NCBI GenBank assembly: GCA_014905635.1
Contig: JABVCE010000007.1
Span: forward strand, 930,001-994,000
Source: Scenedesmus sp. PABB004
Taxonomy: Eukaryota
DNA length: 64,000 bases
Reading direction: 5' to 3'
How positions within the stretch are numbered: position 1 is the first letter of the stretch; each line of letters starts with the position of its first letter. Of this stretch, positions 35,525 through 46,300 are shown piece after piece. The notes under the pieces were generated by a model. The model had not been told where the DNA came from. It saw nothing but the letters and a program-made list of their open reading frames with translations, and made no database searches. The translations under genes and the position numbers were made by a program.

Positions 35525-35910
35525 CAGAGCCCGCCGACACACTTACCGGGCCCTGGCCCGCCGCCGGCCCGTCGGGGCGCGGTAAGGCCTCTGTGGCAGC
35601 GGGTGAGGCAGCGGGTCGAGGCACCGTGGCCGCCGCCTCTCATGCCTGCGCCGCCTCGCCAGCGCCGCCGTCGGCCAACCAGGGCCGCCGCCCGCGCCGC
35701 GAGGCCGCCACCCGCGCCGCGCCGCCGCGCGCAGGAGGAGGCAGCCCGATGGCGTGGGGTGGCTGCAGCCTCTGCAGCCCAGCCACGGCGTGACCGGCCG
35801 GCGGCGCAGCATCAAGGACAGCGCCGCAGCGCCGCTGCCGGGCCCCAAAACCCAGTCACCAGCGTGCGCATCGCCACACAGCGCGCGTTCAACTCGCCAG
35901 AGCTGTGTGA
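35525..35910 (+). pseudogene. Decayed copy 2 of the 34896 ORF plus upstream sequence
   Basis: CAGCCACGGCGTGA, GCGCAGCATCAAGG and GTGCGCATCGCC..GTTCAAC.CGCCAGAGCTGTG match 34917-35077 with indels. Confidence 0.8.
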
Positions 35911-36110
35911 AACTGCGCCACCAGGTTCCGGCCGCTCTCCACGCGCGTCTGCCAGCTGCAACTCGGAGCATCCGGGCGAGCACGTGGCCCCCAGCCCGAC
36001 AGGGCCGGTCAGCCATGCGTCTCGGCTCCACGCGACCCACAGCGAGCAGGCGGGAGCCCGCCCACCAGCGGGCGGGCAGCGGCGCGCCGCGGCGGCGCGC
36101 GGTGCAGCAC

Positions 36111-37462
36111 ATGGCGCCACGCCGCCGCCGGGCGCCCCCCGCTGCCGCAGCCGCAGCCGTTCCACCACCACCGCCGCCGCCGCGGCTGCCCGACGCCGCG
36201 ACCGTCGTGCGCCGCATCGCGGCCATGTTTGACGCGCGCGCGGCGGCGTACGACGCGGACACCTCGTACCACGCGCCCCTCGCGGCCGCGCTGCTGGCGG
36301 CCGCGGCGCCGCGCCCCGGCGAGGCCGTCCTCGACATCGCCTGCGGCACGGGGCTCGTCGCGCTGCCGGCGGCGGAGGCCGTCGGCACGGGCGGGCGCGT
36401 CGTGGGCGTGGACCTGTCGGCAGGCATGCTGGAGCAGGTGGGTGGGTGTGGTGGGGGGCGCAGGGCGGGCAGGCGCGCAAGTCCCCACCCTCGCAGTGGT
36501 CCGAATGGTTGCCGACGCCCCCGCCGTGTCACGGCGCCGCGCAGGCGCGGTCCAAGGCGGCGGCGGCGGGCGTGAGCGGCTGGACCGAGCTCGTGCACGG
36601 CGACGCGGAGGACTACCCCGCGCTGGCGGCGCGCTGGGGCGACGGCGGCTTTGACATAATCACCTGCAGCGCAGCGGTGCCCTTCCTGCGCGACGCGCCC
36701 GCGGCGCTGGCGCGCTGGCGAGCGTGGCTTGCGCCGGGGAGCGGCAGGCGCGTGCGCGCGCGGGGCTGGGCCTTGCTTTGCGCGCGGCACCGGCCGCGCG
36801 CAGCTGCGGCTCCGGCACGCAGGCCGGAGGCATGCATGCGGCGCAGCACCACCCGTCACGCGCTCACAGCCGCGCGCGCCGCCCCCCCTGGCAGGCTCGC
36901 GTTCAACACGTTTGTCGCGCCTGCAGGTGGGAGGGGCAGCTGGGCAGAGCTGGGGCTGCACGTACAGGCACAGCCCTTGCGCGCGCGGCGGTGGGGGCCG
37001 CAGGCGGTGTGGCGCGCCGCGTGCCTAACCATCGCCCTCCCCCCCCCCCCCATCCCCACATCCCCATCCCCCACCCAAGTCCTGGACTACGCCACGTTCA
37101 TCGCCGTCGCGGCGCGCCACGGTGTGTCCGTGGTCGACCCCTGCGCGGCGCTCGGGTCGGCGGCGGCGCTGCGCGCGGCGCTGGCGGCGGCGGGCTTTGG
37201 GCGCGTGCAGGTGCGAGAGGAGCCTAAGGAGCGCGTCTACGCGGCGGCGTCCCCCGCGGAGTACGCGCAGCGCATGGTCGCGCTCGGCGCGGGCGCCAAC
37301 CCCTTCTGCCCCGTCGATGAGACGGTGCTGCCGCCTGAGGCGCTGGCCGCGCTGCGTGCCGACGCGCTCGCGGAGATCGCCGCGGGCGCGGCAGCGCGCT
37401 TTGTGCCCGGCGCCGGCGTGCGCAGCCCGTACACCGTGCTGCACGTGCTCGCGCAGCCGTGA
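36111..37462 (+). CDS. Class I SAM-dependent methyltransferase (UbiE-like fold)
   Basis: VLDIACGTG motif I, VVGVDLSAGML, GDAE, FDIITC, WLAPGSG; four exons. Confidence 0.85.
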
Positions 37463-37564
37463 CGCCCCGGGGGCATGGCACGGCCGCGCGGTGTGCAACC
37501 GCACAGCTATCCAAGCTATCCAAGGCTTGGACAGCGTACCGGGCTCCTGAGCTCAGCAGCGAGC

Positions 37565-37890
37565 TGAGCCCGCTGGCAGCACACCGGGCGGCGTCGCGGC
37601 GAGCTTGGCCCGCCCCTGTGCTGTCGGGGCGAGCCTCCGCGGCAGCGCGTTGAGGCACCATGGCCGCCTCGCTGCCAACCAGGGCCGCCGCATGCGCCGC
37701 GAGGCCGCCACCCCCGCCGTGCCGCCGCGCGCAGGAGGAGGCAGCCCGACGGCGTGGGAGCTGCAGCTGCGCCGCCGCAGCACCTCAGCCGTTGTGAAGA
37801 AGCGGCGTGATCGGCCGGCTGCGGCGGGCGCGCCTGCGGCAGCGCGAGCAGCTCTGGCCACGCGGCGGCGTGGCGGCGCGCGGCCGCAGG
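37565..37890 (+). pseudogene. Internally deleted copy 3 of the 34896 ORF region
   Basis: Shares GCCAACCAGGGCCGCCGC...GCGCAGGAGGAGGCAGCCCGA with 35674-35749, and GTGAAGAAGC..GATCGGCCGGCTGCG plus GGCCACGCGGCG with the ORF ends. Confidence 0.75.
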
Positions 37891-38255
37891 GATCGGATCA
37901 GGCTGCAGAGCTTTTCGGCTGGTGCTGACCCCGGCCCCGCGGCGCATTGAACGCCGCCCGATCGCGATCGGTTGCAGCGCCGCGCCGGCCGGCGGCGGCC
38001 GCGCTGCCGCAGCGGCTGGCGGGCGCTGCACGCCCGCGCGCGCGGGCGCTGGCCCCGACGCGACGTCTGAATCATGGAGCGCGAGGCGCGGCGCAGCCCG
38101 ACAGCCCCCAGGCGAAGCCCCAGGGCTCGCTTCAGCCCTGGCGGCGTCGTCGCGCCCCACGCCGGCGCGCACCGACGTCGTCGCGACTCATACCCGCCGC
38201 CCGCGGCCGCCGCTCCCGCTGCAGCGCCTGCGTCGAGCCCGGCGGCACACCTGAG

Positions 38256-39728
38256 ATGGCGCTGCTCTCGCAGCTGACGCGGGGCATTGCCCCCGTGGGG
38301 CGGAGCACCGTGCGCCGCGTGGCGATGCCGGGGCGCAGCTGCGCCGTCGGCCGCGCGCCGTCGCGCGCGAGCAGCGGCGCCAGGGACGTGCGCATGGACG
38401 CGAGCAAGGTGCGTGCGATCACGGGCCCCAGATCACGCCGCCCCGGGCCCTCCCACGTCACGAGAGCGCCGCGGCGCCGCGGCGTGCGGGCGTGACGAGC
38501 CGGCGCGGCGCGGCGCCGCGGCGCCGCGGCGCGCGCCGCCGCCGCTGCTGCGCGTCCGCGCCCCACCCGCGCCGCGCCGCGCCGCGCCGCGCCGCCACGC
38601 CGCCGCCGCGGCAGGCCAAGTTTTTCGTCGGCGGCAACTGGAAGTGCAACGGCACGCACGCGATGGTGGAGAACCTGGTCGCGGAGCTGAACCAGGGCAG
38701 CGTGCCGTCCGACATCGACGTCGTCGTCGCGCCGCCGTTTATCTTCCTCGACTGGGTGCGCGCCAACATCAAGCCCGGCTACCAGGTGCGCCCCCCGCGC
38801 CCGCCCAGCGCGGTGCCAGCGCGCGGCACCAGCGCGCAGCGCGCGGCGGCGGCTCCAGCGCGCGGCGGCGGCAGCGCGCGGCCCGCGCGGCGGCGGTTGG
38901 CAGCGCGCGCAGCGCGCGGCGGTTGGCGGCGCACGGCGCGCCGAGCGGCGGCGGCCGCCCGCGCCCGCGCGCCCGCGCCGGCGCAGGTCGCGGCGCAGAA
39001 CTGCTGGGTGAAGAGCGACGGCGCGTTCACCGGGGAGATCAGCGCCGAGATGCTGGTCGACGCGGGCGTGCCGTGGGTCATCACGGGGCACAGCGAGCGC
39101 CGCAGCTTGTGCGGCGAGAGCAACACCTTTGTCGGCCAGAAGACCGGCCACGCGCTCGACGTCGGCCTCCAGGCGCGGCGCGGCGGCGCAGCGCGCGCGC
39201 GCCGGCGGCGGCCCGGGGGGCGCGGCGCTGGCTCGCTCGCAGCGGCGGCGCGCCGCCCGCACGCGCCTGGCCGCCCGCCCCCGCCCCCGGCCGACGCCGC
39301 GCCGCGCCGCGCCGCGGCAGGTCATCGCGTGCATCGGCGAGACGCTGGATCAGCGCAACAGCGGCAACCTGTGGCACACGCTCGACCGCCAGATGGACGC
39401 GCTGTTTGAGAGCGTGAGCGACTGGGGCCGCGTCGTCATCGCGTACGAGCCGGTCTGGGCGATCGGCACGGGCCAGGTCGCGACGCCCGCGCAGGCGCAG
39501 GAGGTGCACGCGTACCTGCGCAAGGTGATGAGCTACAAGCTCGGCGCCGACGCGGCGGAGCGCGTGCGCATCATCTACGGCGGCAGCGTGAACGACGGCA
39601 ACTGCAACGAGCTCGCGACGCAGCCCGACATCGACGGCTTCCTCGTCGGCGGCGCGTCGCTCAAGGCGGGCGCGTTCCTCACCATCTGCGGCGCCGTCGA
39701 GAGCCGCCGCGCCGCCGCGGCGTGGTGA
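38256..39728 (+). CDS. TPI: Triosephosphate isomerase, plastid-targeted
   Basis: Transit-like N-terminus, [36 protein letters not shown]. Confidence 0.97.
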
Positions 39729-40328
39729 GCGCGCCGGGCGCGGCGGCGGACGCGGCGGGCGGCGCGGGGCGGGGCGGGGCAGCGGGCGCGGGCGCGGCGG
39801 GGCGGGCGCGACGAAGAATGCGGCCAGCGCGCGGGCCGCTGTATCCTAGCGCGCCGGCGGGTTGATCCCCGGTCAGGAGCGCGTTGCCGGCGGGCGGCGG
39901 GCCCCCGCGGCGGGGGCCCTTTGCTCCTGGCAGCGGCTAGACGACGGCGCGCGACGCGCGCCTCACACCCACTCAGACCTTGAACTGGCGTGGCTTTGCG
40001 GGCAGTGAGTCCGGGCGCGGGTAACGCAACTGCTCTGGTTGTGCGGAGGCAGGCGAGCGGGCGCCGCGGCGGCGCGCTTTGAAAGCGTCGTGCGCGCGCG
40101 GCGGCGACGGCGGCCCTGCGGCGAGCAGGCCGCAGAAGCGTTCCAGGGACCGCGCCCGCGCCCTCGCACGCGGCGTGGGCGAGCCGTGGGCAGTCCTCCG
40201 CCTTCAGCGTGCTGCTCCGCGGGCCGTTCGCCCCGCCAGGCACACGTTTGACGACCCTGCGGCCTGATAGAACCCCTGCCAGCTCGCGGGCGGCGCTGGA
40301 GGCGTGAGCAGCGTGGAGGGCGGCGGAG

Positions 40329-43300
40329 ATGGCCGAGCTGCCCGCGCCGCGACAGGTGGCCGACATCGTCGCCCACGGGCGCGGCTGCTTCGGCATGCGT
40401 CCGCGCCGGGCGCCCACGCTGGACGTCCTCACCGCGGCGGGAGCCGCCGAGCGCGCGACGCGGGTGCGCGGGCCGGCGCGGCGCGGCGGCAGCGCTTCCC
40501 GCCCGGCGCGCCGCGGCGGCGGCGCGCCGAGCCCGCCGCCCCGCCGGCGGCCGCAGGGAGATGCTCCCGCAGTGCTGTGGCTGGACCTCGCCGCGGAGGC
40601 GCTGTTCGTGACGGAGCGGTGCGGGCGCCGCGCTGGCCAGGGCGCCGGCCCAGGGCCGCCGCACGCGCCGGCACCGCCTTGGCCGACCGCGCCGCCGCCG
40701 CCGCCGCACCCCGCAGCTGGGGCGCCGACGTTGTCAAGCAGCGCCTGCCGGTGGAGCTGGACGTGGCGGCGCTGCCGCCGCCGGCGGCCGCGTGCGGCGA
40801 GGTGCGCAGAGGCCGGCCGCTCGCGCGCTCGCGCACCGTGCGCGGCGGGGTGCCGTTGCCCCGCCCGAGCCGCCGCCGCGGCGCGCAGGAGGTCGCGGTC
40901 GCCACCGTGGCCTTCAGCGACCGCGAGTCGCTGGAGCTGTTTGGGCGGCTCGCCCTGCACGCGCTGCCGGAGTGGCTCGCCGTCCGCCAGGGTGCGCGGC
41001 GCTGCAAGGCGGAAGCGCGTGCCAGCAGCGGCAGCAGCCCTGCCTCACCACCGCGCCCTGCTGCGCCGCCCGCAGCCGCGCTGGGCCGCAGCCTGCTGGC
41101 GGCCGCCGGCGCGCACTGGCTGCTGAGTGACCAGGGCGCGGTGGGTGCCGCTGCACGCGCCTCAAGCGCAGCGCAGCGCAGCACCACAGCGGCCGGGCTG
41201 CGCCCTCACCGCCCGCCCGCCGCCCGCGCAGGCGGTGCGGCTGGAGTGCAGCGGCGGCGGCCCGGCCGGCCTTCTGCGCCTGAACGCGCGCAAGGGCTGT
41301 GTGGAGCTCGCGGTGCTGCAGGACGGCGCGGCCGTGCGGTATGTGGAGCCTGCGATCGGCGCGGCGCGTCGTGCTCGCTCGTCCCGCGCGCTGACCGCCG
41401 CTGTGGCCCCGCCGCAGGCACGAGGCAGTGGCGTCACTGGCGCTGGCGGCCAAGGTGCTGCGGCGGCACGCGCAGGCGCGGGTGCAGCTGGACAGGGCGG
41501 TGCAGCACGCTGTGCAGGGCCTGCAGCCGGCGCCGGCCTGCCTGGCCAGGCTGCGCGCGCAGCTGGAGGCGAGCGCTGCCGGGCACAAGGGCGCACCGCA
41601 CATGTGAGCGCAAGCGGCGCGCTGAGCGGCGAGCGCTAGCCGGCTGGCCGCCGCCGCGCCTGACCAGGCAGCCGGCGGGCGTCGCCCGCAGGTCGGCATG
41701 GCTTGCCGGCGGCATCGTGGCAGCCCTGGTGGACTGCGCCGCACCCCTGGCGCTCAGCGCGGCGCCGCAGCGGCAGGCGGCCGAGCAGCAGCAGCAGCAG
41801 CAGCAGCAGCGCCGGCGGACGAACGATCTCGCTCCCGGCGCCGGCGTGCTGCAGGAGGGCCTGCACGCGCTGGCAGACTGCGTGTGCGCCGCGCTGCGGG
41901 GCTCGCGCGAGGAGGCGGAGCAGCAGGCGCAGCTGTTTGTGCGTTGCGTCGCGCGCAGCCTCGACGGCGGCGCGGCGCAGGCGCTGGTCGCAGCCGGCCT
42001 GCTGCGCCGCGTGCTGCAGCAGATGTCCGACGGCGATGTCCGGTCCGCGCGGCCGCTGCAGCAGGTGCGTGGCGGCGCTGCCCCAGGGGCGCGCGGGCAC
42101 CGCCGCCGCCCGGCGGGGCGCCTGTCACTGACCGGGCCCCATGCCCCCTCGCCCTGATCCGTCGCTGCAGGCCTGCGAGGACCCGGAGCTGCTGCGCCAG
42201 CTGCTGCACTGCTACGGTCTCACAGTGCCGCGTCAGCGCACAGCGGGGCCGCAGTCGTACCCGCTGCCCGCGCCGTGTTACGGCGAGGACGGCCCGCCCT
42301 CGCCGCCGCTCGGCGGCAGCCCCGCGAGCGGCGCGGGGCCGGCGGCCTGCTTTGCCAGCGAACTGGGCGGGCGCGCGCGGCGCCCGCTGGTGCCGCGGCT
42401 GTCGCTGCCGTCGTGCTCGGGGCCGGCCACGCCGGCGAGCGCGGTGCGGTCAAGCCGGCTGTCGCAGCGCGTCACCGACGCAAGCGGGTGCGCGGCGGCC
42501 GTGCGCGCGGGCCGGCGGCCGCAGGCCTCCCTCCGCCGGCAGCGGCGCCAGCAGCCTGCTCACCCCCGCACGCCGCCCACGCCCCTTCGCCCGCTCGCGC
42601 AGCTCGCCGTCTGCGGCCGGCGTCGACGCGCCGGCGGCCGCACCGGGCTCTGCCGTGGCGGCGCTGCAGCAGCTGGGCCACAGCTGCGGCGAGAGCGCCA
42701 TGGCTGCTGACCTGGCGGCGTTTGTGACGCACAAACAGCTGCTCGGCGCGGCGGCCGGCAGCAGCAAGGCCAGCCGGCGGCTGCTGCGGGCGGCGGCGGC
42801 GCGCGGTGCGCGGCGGCGCGGCGCGGCGCGGGCTCGGCGCGCAGCAGCGCCCGAGCGGGCAGCTCGCAAGCCGCCGCGCCGCGCGCCGCAGATGCACCCG
42901 CCGAGGGCCAGGAGGCCCCGCCGCCGGCGCAGCTGGAGCTCGCACAGCTGGAGGGCTTGCCGCTTGAGCTGCAGCTGCAGCTCGAGCTGCTGGAGTGCCT
43001 GGACCTGCTGGTGGCGCAGCTGCCGCGCGCCCACGCGCCCGCAGTGTCCATGGGCAGCCTGCTGCTCAGCCACCTGCTGGCGCCCAGCCCGCTGACCGCG
43101 CTGCAGTCGCAAGCGAGCGGCTCAGACGCCGGGCTGCTGGAGGCGGCGGTGCGGCGGCAACGGCACGTGGCGCTGCAGGTGAGGGCGGCGCCGCCAACGC
43201 CGGGTGCTGCAGGCGCTGCACGCGCCCGCCCACAGCCCCGCGCCGCTCACACGCCGGCGCGCCGCCCGCACCCAGCTCGTGGTGCGCAGCAGCGACCCGC

Positions 43301-46300
43301 AGCAGCGCCTCGCGGGCGGCAGCGACGCGGACGACACGCGCGACGCCTGTCCGCGGCTGCACAGCAGCACGCTCGCCCAGTTCAAGCACCGCCTGCTCCA
43401 GCTCGGCGCGGTCAACAGGCCAGGTGCTGACCGGCGGCGCTGGCCGGCGGCCGCCGGCAGCGTCAGCGCGCCGCACCCTCACCCCGCCGCCGCCCGCCCG
43501 CCGCAGACGCCGCGACGCACGCCGAGGCGCGGGAGGCGCTGCTGCTCCTCCGCGACCTGCTGCGCCTGAGCGCGCGCCCGCTGCTGGCCGACACCGCCTG
43601 CGCCGTGCTGGGCGGCGCGCTGGCGCAGCTTGAGCACGGCCTGCTCGCGTGCCGCGTGTGGCTGTGGCCGTGGCACGCCGTGCTCGCCATGGACGCGCTG
43701 GTGCAGCTGCACACGGAGCTCGTGCGCCAGGTGTGAGAGCCCCCCGTGTGGCGGGAGGGGGGGGGGCATGCGCTCGCCAGGCGCCGTGGCGCCGAGCGCC
43801 GCCAACGCGCGGCCGCCGCCGCCGCCACCGCAGGCGCGCTCGCCGGCGGCGATCGGCTTCCTGCTCAGCGCGCTGGGCGCCAGCCAGCCCGGCGGCGCCA
43901 CGCCGACCAGCAGCGGCGGCGGCGCCGGGGGCGCGCCGGGGCCCTGTCCCGCCGACGGCCTTCAGCTCGTGCTGGACCTGCTGCAGCAGCGCCTGCCGGC
44001 TGGGCCACAGTGCGGCGGCGCGGGCAGCGGGCGGGCGCGCGAGCCGCACCCGCCGCGCGGCAGCCAGGCGGGGTCGCGCCTGTCGGCGGCGGGGCAGCCG
44101 TCGTGCGGCGGCGGCGCCGACGTGGCGGGCGGCGCCGAGGCGGCCGCCGTCAAGGCGCACTGCTGGCAGCTGCTGGCGGAGCTGCTGGAGCTGGCGGCCC
44201 GGCAGCCGGCGCCCTGGCAGCAGCGCGCCGGCGGCGCCGTGCAGCCGACGCCCAGCAGCGTCCGCTGGCGCGAGGCGGGCAGCAGCGCAGCGTCGCTGGA
44301 GTGCAGCAGCCAGGGGCGGCCCAGCCTGGTGCTGTCGGGCCGACACAGCGGGGCGCCGGCGCTGCTTGCGAGCGCCGCCGGCAGCGCGGGCCAGGACAGG
44401 CTGTCGCTCGTGCTGCCCAGCGCGCCGAGCAGCCACCGCTCGGGCTGGCTTTCGGCGGCCGGGGGCAGCGGGGCGCTGCAGCTGAGCGCCAGCAGCGGCG
44501 GCGGCGCCTGCGCGGCCGACGGCGGCGGCGAGCTGCTGCGGCTCCTGACCGAGCTGCTCGTCCGCCAGCGCGGCGGGCGCGCGTACGTGGTGCAGCAGCT
44601 GGAGGCCCTCGACGGCGGCCTCGGCGCGCTGCCGCTGCAGCTCGAGGTGTGTGCGGCGCGCGCACGCGCGCACGCGCGCACGCGCGCACGCGCGCGCGCG
44701 CCGCTCGGCGGCCGCGCCCGCCGCGCCGCCGAGCCGCCCCGCCCCGCGCCCTGCCCCGCGCCCCGCCGCGCCCCACGCCGTCGGCAGCTGCTGCGCTTCG
44801 TCGCGGCCGCGTTTGCGGCGCCCGAGTCATACGCGCTCGCGGTGCCGCAGCTCGCCGAGTTCTACGTCCACCACCACTTCCTGCACCTCACGCGCCACTG
44901 GTACCGCCTGCCCGGCGCGCCGTCGGCCGCGGCGGCGGCCGCCGCGGCCGGCCACGCGCGCGTGCTGCTCGCGCTCGCGCGCCACGCGGGCGGCACAAAC
45001 CTCGTGCGCCGGCGCTTCACGCAGCTGCGCGTGCTGGACTTCCTGGTGCGCGAGGCGGGGCTGGAGCACGGCCTCGCCGCGCTGACCGCGGGCTTTGACA
45101 GCAGCAGCAGCAGCTGCGCCAGCACGCCCGCGTCGAGCGCGCGGCGCGGGCGCGGCGGCAGCCCGCCAGGCAGCGCCCGCGGCGGCGGCGCGGCGCTGCT
45201 GCTGGAGGCCGCAGCTCGGCCGGAGGCCGCGCAGGCGTGCGCCGCCACGGCGGGCGACGCCGAGCTCACCGAGCGCGGCGTGTCGGGCCTGCTCCGCAGC
45301 AGCCTGGCCAGCGGCCTGCCGGCCGCGGGCGCGCCGGCGGGGGCGGCGCAGCCGCAGTCCCGGCAGGCGTCGCCGCCGCCGGTCGCGGGGCGGCACAGCA
45401 GCCGCAGCAGCAGCGGCGGCGGCAGCAGCGGCGGCAGCAGCGCGGCCGCCACGCCGACGTACAGCCGCGTCGCGGCGCGGCAGCGGCGCAACAGCCGCGG
45501 CGGCGAGCAGCCTGTGAGCGCCGTCAAGTCGGCGGTGCGCCTGTTCGAGGCGGCAGCGGCTGCTGCCGCGGCCGCCTCGCCGCCGCGCCCGCGGCCGCCG
45601 CCCTCGGCGGCCGGCCTGCGCCACGCGCGCGGCGTGCACCGGCTGGTGGGCCCGCCTGCGGCGGCGCCCGTGGCGCTGGGCGCGCCTGCGGCGGCGGGTG
45701 CCGCGAGCGCAGTGCAGGCGCCGCTGGCGATGCGGCCGCGGCCCCCGGGCGGGCCCCGCCCCGCGGGCCCGAGGGCGGCGGGGCTGGACGGCGGCGGTGC
45801 AGGGGCCGGCGCGGCACCGCGCGTGCCGCTGCTGGCCCTGGGCGGCGTGTGCGGCGGCCCCGGGGCGCCGGCGCCGCCCGCAGCTGGCCAGCCCCTGGCG
45901 AGCCCGCGCAGCTGCAGCAGCCCCGAGCCGCCCAGCAGCCGCGGCAGCAGCCGCGCCGGCAGCCCCGCGCCGCGCGGCAGCCGCGCCGCGCAGCCGGAGC
46001 TCACCGGCGACGCCTCGATGGACGCGCAGCTCATCGACGAGTGGGAGGCACGCACCGGGCTGACCTTTGCGTTTGACGGCCTCTCAGACGCGGAGCAGCA
46101 GGGCAGCTGGGACGGGGAGGAGGGCGGCGGGGAGGAGCGGGAGGACGAGGAGGAGCGGGGGCCGGGCGGCGCCGCCGCCGCCGGCGCCGCTGCCGTGGGG
46201 CCGGCGCGCGGCGCGTGCCGCCGCTCGCGCTCGGCGGCCGCCCGCCGGCGGCGCCCGCCGGCGGCGCCGGCGCCGGCGGCAGCGACGCCGGCAGCGGCGG

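Noticed and set aside
46190..46215. Frame change in the large kinase as possible programmed frameshifting
   Set aside because: One extra G in the GGGG run at 46197-46200 restores the frame and no slippery heptamer is present; homopolymer sequencing error is more likely (check reads)
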